From NCBI GenBank assembly GCA_021647885.1, contig JAKITV010000006.1, positions 20,272 through 84,271 of the forward strand: 64,000 bases of DNA, in the 5' to 3' direction. Position numbers and translations under genes: made by a program. This DNA is from Flavobacteriaceae bacterium (GTDB lineage Bacteria > Bacteroidota > Bacteroidia > Flavobacteriales > Flavobacteriaceae). Position 1 is the first letter of the stretch, and every line of letters starts with the position of its first letter. Positions 28,859-38,604 of the stretch are shown here, piece by piece. The notes under the pieces are model-generated. The model was given only the letters and a program-made list of their open reading frames with translations, searched no databases and was not told where the DNA came from.

Positions 28859-29530
28859 TCACTTATTCCCACCAACAACAATCACAATCTCGCCTTTTGG
28901 TAGTTTTTTCGTATAATACTCTAAAACCTCTTTTGCTGTGCCACGAATAGTTTCTTCATAGAGTTTTGTAAGTTCTCTGGATACTGATATTTGTCTATCT
29001 TCACCAAAATACTCACAAAAATGAGTGAGCGTTTTAATGAGTTTATGCGGAGATTCGTAAAAAATCATGGTTCGAGTTTCTTCTGCTAATAATTTAAGTC
29101 TTGTCTGGCGGCCTTTTTTTACAGGCAAAAACCCTTCAAACACAAATTTATCGTTTGGCAATCCACTATTTACCAAAGCGGGCACAAAAGCGGTTGCGCC
29201 AGGAAGACAATCAACTTCAATATTGTTTTCTATACAAGCACGTGTTAGTAAAAATCCAGGATCGGAAATAGCTGGAGTTCCTGCATCACTTATTAATGCA
29301 ATGGTTTCTCCATTTTGTAATCGCTGAATTAAGCCTGCAACTATTTTGTGTTCATTATGCATATGATGGCTTTGCATATGCGTATTGATTTCATAATGCT
29401 TCAATAGTTTTCCTGAAGTGCGCGTATCTTCGGCAAGAATAAAATCAACCTCTTTTAAAACCTCCAGAGCTCTTAAAGTAATATCTTTTAAATTCCCTAT
29501 TGGTGTTGGAACGATGTAGAGTTTGCTCAT
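28859..29530 (-). CDS. rsmI: 16S rRNA C1402 2'-O-methyltransferase
   Basis: LYIVPTPIGNL, AEDTR, SDAGTPAISDPG, YESPH, RELTK. Confidence 0.96.
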   Translation of the reverse strand: MSKLYIVPTPIGNLKDITLRALEVLKEVDFILAEDTRTSGKLLKHYEINTHMQSHHMHNEHKIVAGLIQRLQNGETIALISDAGTPAISDPGFLLTRACIENNIEVDCLPGATAFVPALVNSGLPNDKFVFEGFLPVKKGRQTRLKLLAEETRTMIFYESPHKLIKTLTHFCEYFGEDRQISVSRELTKLYEETIRGTAKEVLEYYTKKLPKGEIVIVVGGNK

Positions 29531-29534
29531 AATA

Positions 29535-29556
29535 TTTCCCTTGAAAACGGGAATCT
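29535..29556. repeat. REP-like palindrome, degenerate copy
   Basis: TTTCCCTT-GAAA-ACGGGAATCT. Confidence 0.5.
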
Positions 29557-29558
29557 AT

Positions 29559-30305
29559 TTAATTAAACTTGGCTTCAATGATTTCCAAAAAGCGTTCTTC
29601 AAATTCTTCTTTCCCTTCCCAATGGTTATAATCTGGTTTAATTATATCATGAATTAAAATTTTAACTTCATCAATTGTTTCAAAGGTATTAATTTGGGAT
29701 AACACACGTTTATAATCTTCATTTTTACCGTTAAAAAGATGCTTTATAAAAGCCAACTTATCATTTAGACCTATAACCAACCCTTTTACTTTTAATTTAT
29801 CGTTAAGCGATTTTTTATTGTCTTCTGCGCTGTTGTTTTTTGTTTTAGTAACACGTTCAAAAACAGGAATTTCTCTAAAATCGGCCGTGAGTTCTTCAAA
29901 GTCGTTTCTTTTATGTTGTGCTTTAGATGTTGATGTCTCAAAAATATCGTCAACCTGTTGCGACTCTAAAGGCATTTGCGCAACCATGTCCTTTATTTTT
30001 TCTATAGCAGGCTCCATAATATCATCATCTTCAATCTCATCTAGATGAATATATGTTTTATCTTCAACTTCAATAGTATCGCTCACTTTATTGTTAAATG
30101 CTTCATCAAGCATCCCAAAGAATGATGAATCACTCCCAATTACAGGAATATCTTCATCAAAATTCTCGTGTGCAAACTTTAAGGTTGTTAATTTTTCATA
30201 TAAAGCGGCAACTTCAGTATGCATTTTAATAACATCTTCTTTTCCTTTAAGTTTAAGAATCCTATGTGCAATGCTAATTAATTCTGATTCTAACTTCTTC
30301 TTCAT
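29559..30305 (-). CDS. Hypothetical protein
   Basis: 248-aa ORF, acidic centre, C-terminal IGLNDKLAFIKHLF domain; divergent from tdk. Confidence 0.75.
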   Translation of the reverse strand: MKKKLESELISIAHRILKLKGKEDVIKMHTEVAALYEKLTTLKFAHENFDEDIPVIGSDSSFFGMLDEAFNNKVSDTIEVEDKTYIHLDEIEDDDIMEPAIEKIKDMVAQMPLESQQVDDIFETSTSKAQHKRNDFEELTADFREIPVFERVTKTKNNSAEDNKKSLNDKLKVKGLVIGLNDKLAFIKHLFNGKNEDYKRVLSQINTFETIDEVKILIHDIIKPDYNHWEGKEEFEERFLEIIEAKFN

Positions 30306-30406
30306 AATTTTTTAAATTTAAACCGATTTAGGTTTTTGTTTTTTATAAATTTACGTCACCTTTATATAAACGAAAATGAGCTTTGTTTTAGTGTTAAAAT
30401 TACAAA

Positions 30407-31054
30407 ATGTTTCTTGAAAATACAGTAAATCAGAAAGAACAATTTGGTTGGATTGAAGTTATTTGCGGTTCGATGTTCTCTGGTAAAACAGAAGAATTGA
30501 TACGCAGACTCAAGCGTGCACAATTTGCAAGACAAAAAGTAGAGATATTTAAACCTGCTATTGATGTGCGTTTTGACGATGATAAAGTTGTGTCTCATGA
30601 TGCCAATGAAATTCGGTCAACTCCAGTTCCTGCTGCTGCTAATATTCCTATTTTAGCAGATGGTTGTGATGTTGTAGGTATTGATGAAGCACAATTTTTT
30701 GATGACGAGATTGTTCATGTTTGTAATGATTTAGCAAATAAAGGAATAAGAGTTATTGTGGCTGGTCTCGACATGGATTTTAAGGGAAATCCCTTTGGGC
30801 CAATGCCTTCTTTAATGGCAACTGCAGAGTATGTAACTAAAGTGCATGCTGTTTGCACAAGAACCGGAAATCTTGCACAGTATAGTTACAGAAAAGCTAG
30901 AAGTACTGAACTTGTGCTGCTAGGCGAGGTTGACGAATACGAGCCTTTAAGTAGAGCTGCCTTTTTTAAAGCTATGTTGAGGGACAAAGTGCGTAACATA
31001 AAAGTTAACGACGCAATAGAAGTTCCTACTAAAGTTAATGGTACAAATGCCTAA
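30407..31054 (+). CDS. tdk: Thymidine kinase
   Basis: GSMFSGKTEEL, IDEAQFF, AGLDMDF. Confidence 0.96.
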   Translation: MFLENTVNQKEQFGWIEVICGSMFSGKTEELIRRLKRAQFARQKVEIFKPAIDVRFDDDKVVSHDANEIRSTPVPAAANIPILADGCDVVGIDEAQFFDDEIVHVCNDLANKGIRVIVAGLDMDFKGNPFGPMPSLMATAEYVTKVHAVCTRTGNLAQYSYRKARSTELVLLGEVDEYEPLSRAAFFKAMLRDKVRNIKVNDAIEVPTKVNGTNA

Positions 31055-32153
31055 AGCACACCAAACCATACTTGAAATAAATCTAAAAGCCCTTAAACAC
31101 AATTTCGAGCACATAAAATCCAGAATCAATAAAGATACCAAGTTCATGGCTGTAGTTAAGGCTTTTGGCTACGGAAGTGATGCGTCTATAATTGCAAAAT
31201 ATCTCCAGAAACTTGATGTTGATTATTTTGCTGTTGCATATACAAGTGAAGGTGTTGCGTTACGAAATTCAGGAATTACAAAGCCTATTTTAATATTGCA
31301 TCCTCAGCCCATAAATTTTGTTACCATAATACAACATTGCCTTGAGCCAAGTTTATACAATGCTAAAGTTTTAAATGAATTTATTAAAATCTCTTCTAAA
31401 GAAAATCAAACCAATTATCCTGTTCATATTAAATTTAATACAGGATTAAACAGGCTTGGTTTTTGGGAAAATGACGTAGAATATATTGTTACGAAATTAT
31501 CTGAAACGTCTTCAATAAAAGTAAAATCAATATTTTCGCATTTGGCAGCAAGTGAAGATTTAAATGAAAAAGAATTCACTTTAAACCAAATTGAGTCTTT
31601 CAAAAATATTACTGAAAATTTCGTTAAGAGAATCAGTTACAAACCTATGCTTCATATATGTAATACTTCTGGCGTTTTAAACCATCCCGAAGCTCATTTT
31701 GATATGGTACGATGTGGCATTGGGTTGTACGGCTTTGGAAATTCAGAAAAAGAAAATCAAAACTTTAAACCCATAGCAACATTAAAATCTGTGATTTCAC
31801 AAATCCATATCATAGAAGAAGGCGAAACAGTAGGTTATAACAGAGCTTATAAAAGTAGCTCATCCCAAAAAACAGCAACAATCCCAATTGGTCATGCTGA
31901 TGGAATTGGAAGGCAATATGGAAACGGCAAAGGATTTGTAACCATAAAAGGGAAACAAGCTCCAATTGTTGGAAATGTTTGTATGGATATGATTATGGTT
32001 AACATTACTAATATGGATTGTAGTGAAGGCGACGAAGTTGTAATCTTTGGAGAGCACTCAACTGCTGAAAACTTGGCGACAACTGTTAACTCAATTTCTT
32101 ACGAAATAATTACAGCTATTTCTCAACGCGTTAAACGTGTGATCTTAAATTAA
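31047..32153 (+). CDS. alr: Alanine racemase
   Basis: AVVKAFGYG, NTGLNRLG, RCGIGLYG, GNVCMD; alternative start at 31038. Confidence 0.95.
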   Translation: MPKAHQTILEINLKALKHNFEHIKSRINKDTKFMAVVKAFGYGSDASIIAKYLQKLDVDYFAVAYTSEGVALRNSGITKPILILHPQPINFVTIIQHCLEPSLYNAKVLNEFIKISSKENQTNYPVHIKFNTGLNRLGFWENDVEYIVTKLSETSSIKVKSIFSHLAASEDLNEKEFTLNQIESFKNITENFVKRISYKPMLHICNTSGVLNHPEAHFDMVRCGIGLYGFGNSEKENQNFKPIATLKSVISQIHIIEEGETVGYNRAYKSSSSQKTATIPIGHADGIGRQYGNGKGFVTIKGKQAPIVGNVCMDMIMVNITNMDCSEGDEVVIFGEHSTAENLATTVNSISYEIITAISQRVKRVILN

Positions 32154-32223
32154 TTTTTTAGTTTTATTTAACATTTGTGTTTTTTAACTATATTAGTAGC
32201 TCACTAACTTTAATATTTATATT

Positions 32224-32625
32224 ATGCTAAAAGAATTCAAGGAATTTGCAATGAAGGGCAACTTGGTTGATATTGCTGTTGCTTTTGTTATGGGTGCCGC
32301 TTTTAATAAAGTTGTTGCATCGTTTACAGGTGGAATTATATCGCCTTTAATTGGATTAATTTTTAACACAGATTTTAAAGATTTAAAATATGTAGTTAAT
32401 GAAGGTGTTGCAGATGAAGCTGGTAATGTAGCTGGAGAAGTAGCAATACTTTATGGTGATTTTGCGACAAATCTAATTGACTTTATTATTGTTGCTTTTG
32501 TAATGTTTATGGTTATAAAAGGCATTAACAAAATGAAGAAAAAAGAAGAAGAAGCTCCAGCAGCTCCAGCAGGACCAACAGATAATGATTTACTTTCTGA
32601 AATTAGAGATTTATTAAAGAAATAA
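32224..32625 (+). CDS. mscL: Large-conductance mechanosensitive channel
   Basis: EFKEFAMKGNLVD, LLSEIRDLLK. Confidence 0.97.
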   Translation: MLKEFKEFAMKGNLVDIAVAFVMGAAFNKVVASFTGGIISPLIGLIFNTDFKDLKYVVNEGVADEAGNVAGEVAILYGDFATNLIDFIIVAFVMFMVIKGINKMKKKEEEAPAAPAGPTDNDLLSEIRDLLKK

Positions 32626-32670
32626 ATTGATGATTTAAATTGAAATAGAAATATTTTAATTATTCTTAAT

Positions 32671-32704
32671 AAAGACCTCTTTTTATTATAAAAGAGGTCT
32701 TTTT
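32671..32704 (+). terminator. Intrinsic terminator after mscL
   Basis: AAAGACCTCTTTT-loop-AAAAGAGGTCTTTTT. Confidence 0.8.
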
Positions 32705-32789
32705 AATATGTTATTTTTATCAAAAATGAAGTGATAAATTTCCCAGAAGCTATAATTTTGTAAATTAATTTTTAAATAAAAGCGAGTAG

Positions 32790-33779
32790 ATGAAAGTAGC
32801 AGTCGTTGGTGCCACTGGTATGGTTGGTGAGGTTATGCTAAAAGTTCTTGCAGAACGAAATTTTCCGGTAACCGAATTAATTCCTGTTGCCTCCGAAAAA
32901 AGCATAGGCAAAGAAATTAATTTTAAAAATAAGACTTATAAGGTTGTTGGGCTAAAGGATGCGGTTTTAATGAAGCCTGATATCGCTTTGTTTTCTGCTG
33001 GAGGAAATACTTCTTTAGAATGGGCTCCAAAATTTGCTGAAGTTAGTACAACTGTTATTGATAATTCTTCAGTCTGGAGAATGGATCCAGATAAAAAATT
33101 AATTGTTCCTGAAATTAATGCAGATCAACTTACTAAAAAGGATAAAATTATTGCAAATCCCAATTGCTCTACCATACAAATGGTAATGGTTTTAGCGCCA
33201 CTTCATAATAAATATAAAATTAAACGTATTGTAGTTTCTACCTATCAATCTATTTCTGGCACAGGAACAAAAGCTGTTAAACAGTTGAAAAACGAACTCG
33301 CAGGAATAAAAGGGGAAATGGCATATCCTTATCCAATACACAAAAATGCGTTGCCGCATTGCGATGTGTTTGAGGATAATGGTTATACTAAAGAAGAAAT
33401 GAAATTGGTGCGTGAAACACAAAAAATTCTCGATGATAAAACCATTGCTGTTACTGCTACTGCTGTAAGGATTCCAACTTCTGGAGGTCATAGCGAATCT
33501 GTTAACGTAGAATTTGAAAATAATTTTGAGATTAATGATATTAGAGCATTACTAAACAAAACTGATGGAGTAACTGTACAAGATAATCCAGATATAAATG
33601 TTTATCCAATGCCTATTTATGCTCATGGAAAAGATGACGTTTTTGTAGGCAGAATACGAAGAGATGAATCTCAGCCAAATTCCTTAAATCTTTGGATTGT
33701 AAGCGACAATCTTAGAAAAGGCGCGGCAACAAATACAGTTCAAATTGCTGAGTATTTAGTTAATAATTCGTTAGTTTAG
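32790..33779 (+). CDS. asd: Aspartate-semialdehyde dehydrogenase
   Basis: GATGMVG, NPNCST, DNLRKGAA. Confidence 0.96.
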   Translation: MKVAVVGATGMVGEVMLKVLAERNFPVTELIPVASEKSIGKEINFKNKTYKVVGLKDAVLMKPDIALFSAGGNTSLEWAPKFAEVSTTVIDNSSVWRMDPDKKLIVPEINADQLTKKDKIIANPNCSTIQMVMVLAPLHNKYKIKRIVVSTYQSISGTGTKAVKQLKNELAGIKGEMAYPYPIHKNALPHCDVFEDNGYTKEEMKLVRETQKILDDKTIAVTATAVRIPTSGGHSESVNVEFENNFEINDIRALLNKTDGVTVQDNPDINVYPMPIYAHGKDDVFVGRIRRDESQPNSLNLWIVSDNLRKGAATNTVQIAEYLVNNSLV

Positions 33780-33782
33780 TTC

Positions 33783-34922
33783 TTATAATAAACGTGATGT
33801 TTTAATATATCGAATATTTCTTTCTTCTAAATACTTCATAAAGTAATTAAAACAAACTTCATGTTTACCAACTAATTCTGGTGGAAATACGCCTTTTTCA
33901 GTAAAGAGTCCCTCTAAAAACAAATTAGCTGCAGCAGTTGCAGTATAGCCAGTTGTTCTAGCCATAGATGATGTTTCTGTCTCTTTACAATATTCGTCGT
34001 GTAAATGATAAACCACTTCCTCAATTTGACCTTTAGAATCTTCTCCTTTTACTGTAACTCGCATCACTGTTAACTCTTCTTCTATCTCTCCAAGTTTCCA
34101 TTCGTTAAAAAGAATTTTGCTGGTAAACTCTAAAGGAGAAATTGAATTATCATTAACTTCAATTTTTTCTTCACTAAAAAATCCGCTTTCTTTTAAAACT
34201 TTAACGTACTTGACATGTCCTGGATAACGCAATGTTTTTTCTTTCATGTTCGGAATATGAGGCATGGTATATATAATAGATCTTAATCCATCAGAATTGA
34301 AAGACTCCAATGTGCCTACTTTATCAAACTCTACATATTCACAATCTGTTAATGGTTCTCTCACAACCTCTTTGCCATGTTCTACATATCTTGCTGGTCG
34401 TGTATACTCTTCTATAACATCGATTGGAGAAAAAGGCGCTTTATAATTAAATGGCCATTTTTTTATTTTCGGCAAACCTCCAACCAAACATTCAAAATCG
34501 GTTAGTTTCATTATTTCGTTGTAGCGACCTAAAATAACATTATCCATTCCTGGCGCTACACCACAATCTACAATTGCTGTAACATTTTTTTCTTTAGCTA
34601 AAGCATCTAATTCTAAAGCGTTTTCAGGAAAAAATGAAATGTCAATTACATTCATTTTAGTTTCAATAATCGCTTTTAAGGTTTCAAAACCTAAAAATCC
34701 TGGAACAGCACAAATAACCAAATCGTATTTCTTAATAGAGTTTTGCAAATGCACTTTGTTTGTAACATCTAATTGCTGAACAATCAAATTTTTACACTTT
34801 TGCTTTACTTTGTCCAAGACATTTTGATGAAGATCGGTTAAAGTTACTTTGTGCTTTTTAGATAGATCTATTGCCATAACGCTACCTATCATACCTGCGC
34901 CTAATACAATGATATTATTCAT
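33783..34922 (-). CDS. Saccharopine dehydrogenase-like / lysine 6-dehydrogenase family oxidoreductase
   Basis: LGAGMIG Rossmann motif, DCGVAPG, EKTLRYPGH, SMARTTG. Confidence 0.85.
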   Translation of the reverse strand: MNNIIVLGAGMIGSVMAIDLSKKHKVTLTDLHQNVLDKVKQKCKNLIVQQLDVTNKVHLQNSIKKYDLVICAVPGFLGFETLKAIIETKMNVIDISFFPENALELDALAKEKNVTAIVDCGVAPGMDNVILGRYNEIMKLTDFECLVGGLPKIKKWPFNYKAPFSPIDVIEEYTRPARYVEHGKEVVREPLTDCEYVEFDKVGTLESFNSDGLRSIIYTMPHIPNMKEKTLRYPGHVKYVKVLKESGFFSEEKIEVNDNSISPLEFTSKILFNEWKLGEIEEELTVMRVTVKGEDSKGQIEEVVYHLHDEYCKETETSSMARTTGYTATAAANLFLEGLFTEKGVFPPELVGKHEVCFNYFMKYLEERNIRYIKTSRLL

Positions 34923-35100
34923 TTTGAAAAATTTAAATTAGTAAGAAAGTTTGAATTGAAGAATAATTAAAATGAAGTAATAGTTACAATCCTGGTATCA
35001 AAACCCAAGGCATTTGGTTAATACTGATTATTCTACTTTCTAACATATTGTAAAAGTATTGATTATTTAATGAAAATCTATTTTTACTAAACCAATACTT

Positions 35101-35223
35101 GTGTTAAGGATAGTAGTGTATCCTTTTTTATTCAAAATAAAATTGATGATATTCTGAAACAAGTTCAGAATAAAAAAGATATAATGTATAGCCTGACTTT
35201 TGCTTAACAAGCAAAAGGAACAC
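35101..35223. repeat. Structured intergenic element with nested inverted repeats
   Basis: GTGTT/AACAC ends; TATCCTTTTTTATTC/GAATAAAAAAGATA; ATTCTGAA/TTCAGAAT; CTTTTGCTT/AAGCAAAAG. Confidence 0.5.
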
Positions 35224-35226
35224 CAT

Positions 35227-35252
35227 AAAAAAACTCCGAAAAAATCGGAGTT
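35227..35252 (-). terminator. Intrinsic terminator after accC
   Basis: AACTCCGA-loop-TCGGAGTT with an A-run on the left (U-tract on the minus strand). Confidence 0.8.
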
Positions 35253-35262
35253 CTTATTTATT

Positions 35263-36615
35263 TTATTCGTCTTGTTGTTCTTCCATTACGAAATCTTCCA
35301 TAAACTTGGTCGTATAATTTCCAGCTACATAATCTGGATGATTCATTAACTGCCTATGAAAAGGAATAGTTGTTTTTATGCCTTCAATTACAAACTCATC
35401 CAGAGCGCGTCTCATTTTACTAATTGCTTCTTCGCGAGTTTGTGCTGTGGTAATTAATTTTGCAATCATAGAATCGTAATGAGGCGGAATAACATAACCT
35501 GCATACACGTGTGTATCTAACCTAACTCCGTGTCCACCTGGAGCATGTAGAGTTGTTATTTTTCCAGGAGAAGGTCTAAAGTCGTTATAAGGATCTTCGG
35601 CATTAATTCTACATTCTATGGAATGCATTTTTGGTATATAATTTTTACCTACTATTGGCACACCAGCAGCAACTTTTATTTGTTCGAAAATCAAATCGAA
35701 ATCTACAACTTGTTCAGTAATTGGGTGTTCTACTTGAATACGTGTATTCATTTCCATGAAGTAGAATTTTCTGTTTTTATCTACCAAAAATTCTACTGTA
35801 CCAACGCCTTCATACTTTATATATTCGGCTGCTTTTATCGCAGCTTTGCCCATTTTATTACGAAGTGAGCTCGTCATAAAAGGAGAAGGTGTTTCTTCGG
35901 TTAGCTTTTGATGACGACGTTGAACTGAACAATCTCTTTCTGATAAATGACAAGCTTTCCCTCTTGAGTCTCCTACAATTTGAATTTCGATATGTCTTGG
36001 TTCTTCTATGAGTTTTTCAATATACATATCATCGTTTCCAAATGCGGCTTTAGATTCTTGTCTTGCAGAATCCCAAGCATCTTTTAAATCTTCTGGTTTC
36101 CAAACAGCTCGCATTCCTTTTCCTCCTCCACCTGCAGTAGCTTTAAGCATCACAGGGTATCCTGTTTCTTTAGCTATTTTTTTACAATCTTCAAAATTTT
36201 CTATAATACCATCACTTCCAGGAACACATGGTACTCCTGCTGCTTTCATTGTTTCTTTTGCAGCAGCTTTGTCTCCCATTTTGTCTATCATTTCTGGTGA
36301 AGCACCTATAAATTTAATATTATGCTCTTCGCAAATTTTTGAAAACCTTGCGCTTTCAGATAAAAATCCATATCCAGGATGTATTGCATCTGCATTAGTA
36401 ATTTCGGCAGCAGCAATAATATTTGACATTTTTAAATAAGATTCGCTACTTGGAGGTGGTCCAATGCAAACCGCTTCATCGGCAAACTTAACATGAAGGC
36501 TTTCGGCATCAGCAGTAGAATAGACTGCAACCGTTTTAATTCCTATTTCTTTACAAGTTCTAATAACACGAAGCGCTATTTCTCCTCGATTGGCTATAAG
36601 TATTTTTTTAAACAT
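35263..36615 (-). CDS. accC: Acetyl-CoA carboxylase biotin carboxylase
   Basis: [14 protein letters not shown] (ATG 36615), [22 protein letters not shown]. Confidence 0.97.
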   Translation of the reverse strand: MFKKILIANRGEIALRVIRTCKEIGIKTVAVYSTADAESLHVKFADEAVCIGPPPSSESYLKMSNIIAAAEITNADAIHPGYGFLSESARFSKICEEHNIKFIGASPEMIDKMGDKAAAKETMKAAGVPCVPGSDGIIENFEDCKKIAKETGYPVMLKATAGGGGKGMRAVWKPEDLKDAWDSARQESKAAFGNDDMYIEKLIEEPRHIEIQIVGDSRGKACHLSERDCSVQRRHQKLTEETPSPFMTSSLRNKMGKAAIKAAEYIKYEGVGTVEFLVDKNRKFYFMEMNTRIQVEHPITEQVVDFDLIFEQIKVAAGVPIVGKNYIPKMHSIECRINAEDPYNDFRPSPGKITTLHAPGGHGVRLDTHVYAGYVIPPHYDSMIAKLITTAQTREEAISKMRRALDEFVIEGIKTTIPFHRQLMNHPDYVAGNYTTKFMEDFVMEEQQDE

Positions 36616-36631
36616 AACTATATATCTTAAA

Positions 36632-36692
36632 AATTTCAAATTCCAAGTTCCAAACTCCAAATAATGGATTTTAAGATTTGTGTATTGGAATT
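36632..36692. repeat. Heptamer tandem-repeat spacer between accB and accC
   Basis: Minus strand TTGGAGT TTGGAAC TTGGAAT TTGAAAT; shares an exact 17-mer with 61811-61827. Confidence 0.65.
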
Positions 36693-36701
36693 TTTAAACT
36701 G

Positions 36702-37187
36702 TTATGATGGATCTACTAAAAATAATGGTTGATCAAATTCTACAGGCGATGAGTCATCGACTAAAACCTTTACGATCTTCCCAGAAACTTCTGATTCTAT
36801 TTCGTTGAACAGTTTCATAGCTTCAATAACGCAAAGGACGTCTCCTTCTGCAATAGTTTGTCCAACTTCTATAAATACTGGCTTTTCTGGTGCTGGTTTT
36901 CTATAAAAAGTTCCTATTATTGGTGATTTTATAGTTATATATTTTGAATCATCATCTATTGGTGTTTTGGCTTCAACGCTCGCCTGCTGTAAAGGTGTGA
37001 TAACTGATTGTGTTTCGGGAATCGTTGCTTGTGGTATTTGCGCAGCAACAGGAACTTGTTGTGCTATTGTTTTTCCAGAATCTCCAGTTCTAATGGTAAT
37101 TTTAATATCTTCCATTTCTAATTTAACTTCACTTGCGCCTGACTTGGCCACAAATTTAATTAAGTTTTGAATTTCTTTTAATTCCAT
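36702..37187 (-). CDS. accB: Biotin carboxyl carrier protein
   Basis: SPIIGTFY, EAMKLFNEI. Confidence 0.97.
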   Translation of the reverse strand: MELKEIQNLIKFVAKSGASEVKLEMEDIKITIRTGDSGKTIAQQVPVAAQIPQATIPETQSVITPLQQASVEAKTPIDDDSKYITIKSPIIGTFYRKPAPEKPVFIEVGQTIAEGDVLCVIEAMKLFNEIESEVSGKIVKVLVDDSSPVEFDQPLFLVDPS

Positions 37188-37216
37188 AATTTATTGATTT
37201 AGTTTCGTTAGATGTT

Positions 37217-38212
37217 TTAAGAGTTATAAGCCCATTTTAAATAAATTGAACCCCAAGTAAATCCCCCTCCAAAAGCTGTCATTATTACATTATCTCCTTT
37301 TTTTAACTGCTTTTCATAATCGTTTAATAGTAAGGGTATTGTTGCTGATGTGGTATTGCCATACTTTTCAATATTCATCATAACCTTGTTTAGAGGCAAA
37401 TCCATTCTGTTTGCTGTTGCGTTAATTATTCGTTTATTGGCTTGGTGTGCCGTAAGCCAATCTATGTCATTAATAGTTAAATTATTTCTTTGTAATATTT
37501 TTTCACAAACGTTTGCCATGTTTGATACTGCCCATTTAAAAACAGTTTTCCCATCTTGATAAACAAAGTGTTTTTTGTCTTTTATGGTTTGTTCAGTAGC
37601 TGGTTCTATCGATCCTCCTGCTGGAACCTGTAAAAATTCTCTTCCTATGCCATCGCTCCTTAAATATTCGTCTTGTACTCCTAATCCTTCTTTGTTAGCC
37701 TCTAGTAAAACTGCTCCTGCTCCATCACCAAAAATAATACATGTTGCTCTATCTGTATAATCAATCATTGAAGAATTCATGTCTGCTCCTATTACGAGTA
37801 TTTTTTTATGTTTCCCAGATTCAATAAAACTTGATGCTGTAGATATCGCATACAAAAAACTTGAGCACGCAGCAACAAGGTCATAACCAAAAGCGTTTGT
37901 TGCGCCTATTTGCGTTGCAACATAAACAGAAGTAGCTGCTGCTTGCATATCTGGCGTTGCGGTTGCAACAATTACAAGTCCAATGTCCTTAGGATCAATG
38001 TCGATTTTATTGAATAAATCTTTGGCTGCGTTAATTGCCAAAAACGATGTGCCTTTGTTTTTTTCTTTTAGAATTCTACGTTCTTTAATTCCTGTTCTTG
38101 AGGTTATCCATTCATCATTAGTATCAACCATTGTTTCCAATATCTGATTTGTTAACACATAATCTGGCACATATTTTCCTACAGCTGTAATTGCTGCTGA
38201 GATTTCACTCAT
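37217..38212 (-). CDS. fabH: 3-oxoacyl-ACP synthase III
   Basis: AACSSF, FGDGAGA, HQAN, GNT, FGGGFTWG. Confidence 0.96.
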   Translation of the reverse strand: MSEISAAITAVGKYVPDYVLTNQILETMVDTNDEWITSRTGIKERRILKEKNKGTSFLAINAAKDLFNKIDIDPKDIGLVIVATATPDMQAAATSVYVATQIGATNAFGYDLVAACSSFLYAISTASSFIESGKHKKILVIGADMNSSMIDYTDRATCIIFGDGAGAVLLEANKEGLGVQDEYLRSDGIGREFLQVPAGGSIEPATEQTIKDKKHFVYQDGKTVFKWAVSNMANVCEKILQRNNLTINDIDWLTAHQANKRIINATANRMDLPLNKVMMNIEKYGNTTSATIPLLLNDYEKQLKKGDNVIMTAFGGGFTWGSIYLKWAYNS

Positions 38213-38344
38213 AAATCTTGGTTTGGTTTTTACAAAAAATGGTCAAAATTGACTAAAAATCATCAAAAACTATACAAAAATACCATATTTTGTTCAAATA
38301 TTGGGTAAAATAGGTTGTTTTTGACTTCTATGAAAATTTTTTAT

Positions 38345-38372
38345 AAAAAAAACGCTCACATGTGAGCGTTTT
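38345..38372 (-). terminator. Intrinsic terminator after rpmF
   Basis: AAAAAAAACGCTCAC-AT-GTGAGCGTTTT. Confidence 0.8.
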
Positions 38373-38392
38373 AATATATGCGTGCATAATAC

Positions 38393-38596
38393 TTATGCTA
38401 AATTTTCTTCTTTTTCTGAATTGTCAATCAACACTTGACCTCTATAATAAAGCTTCCCTTCGTGCCAATGTGCTCTATGGTATAGGTGTGCTTCTCCTGT
38501 AGTTGGACACGTAGCAATTTGAGGTACAGTTGCTTTGTAATGTGTTCTTCTTTTGTCTCTTCTCGTTTTCGAGATTTTTCTTTTAGGATGTGCCAT
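38393..38596 (-). CDS. rpmF: 50S ribosomal protein L32
   Basis: [19 protein letters not shown]. Confidence 0.97.
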   Translation of the reverse strand: MAHPKRKISKTRRDKRRTHYKATVPQIATCPTTGEAHLYHRAHWHEGKLYYRGQVLIDNSEKEENLA

Positions 38597-38604
38597 TTTT
38601 TATA

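Noticed and set aside
34923-35223. Lysine riboswitch upstream of the saccharopine-dehydrogenase-like gene
   Set aside because: No L-box conserved blocks recognisable on the minus strand.
38393-38596. L32 with a single Cys as a zinc-starvation paralog
   Set aside because: It sits in the canonical yceD-rpmF-fabH position, so it is the housekeeping copy.
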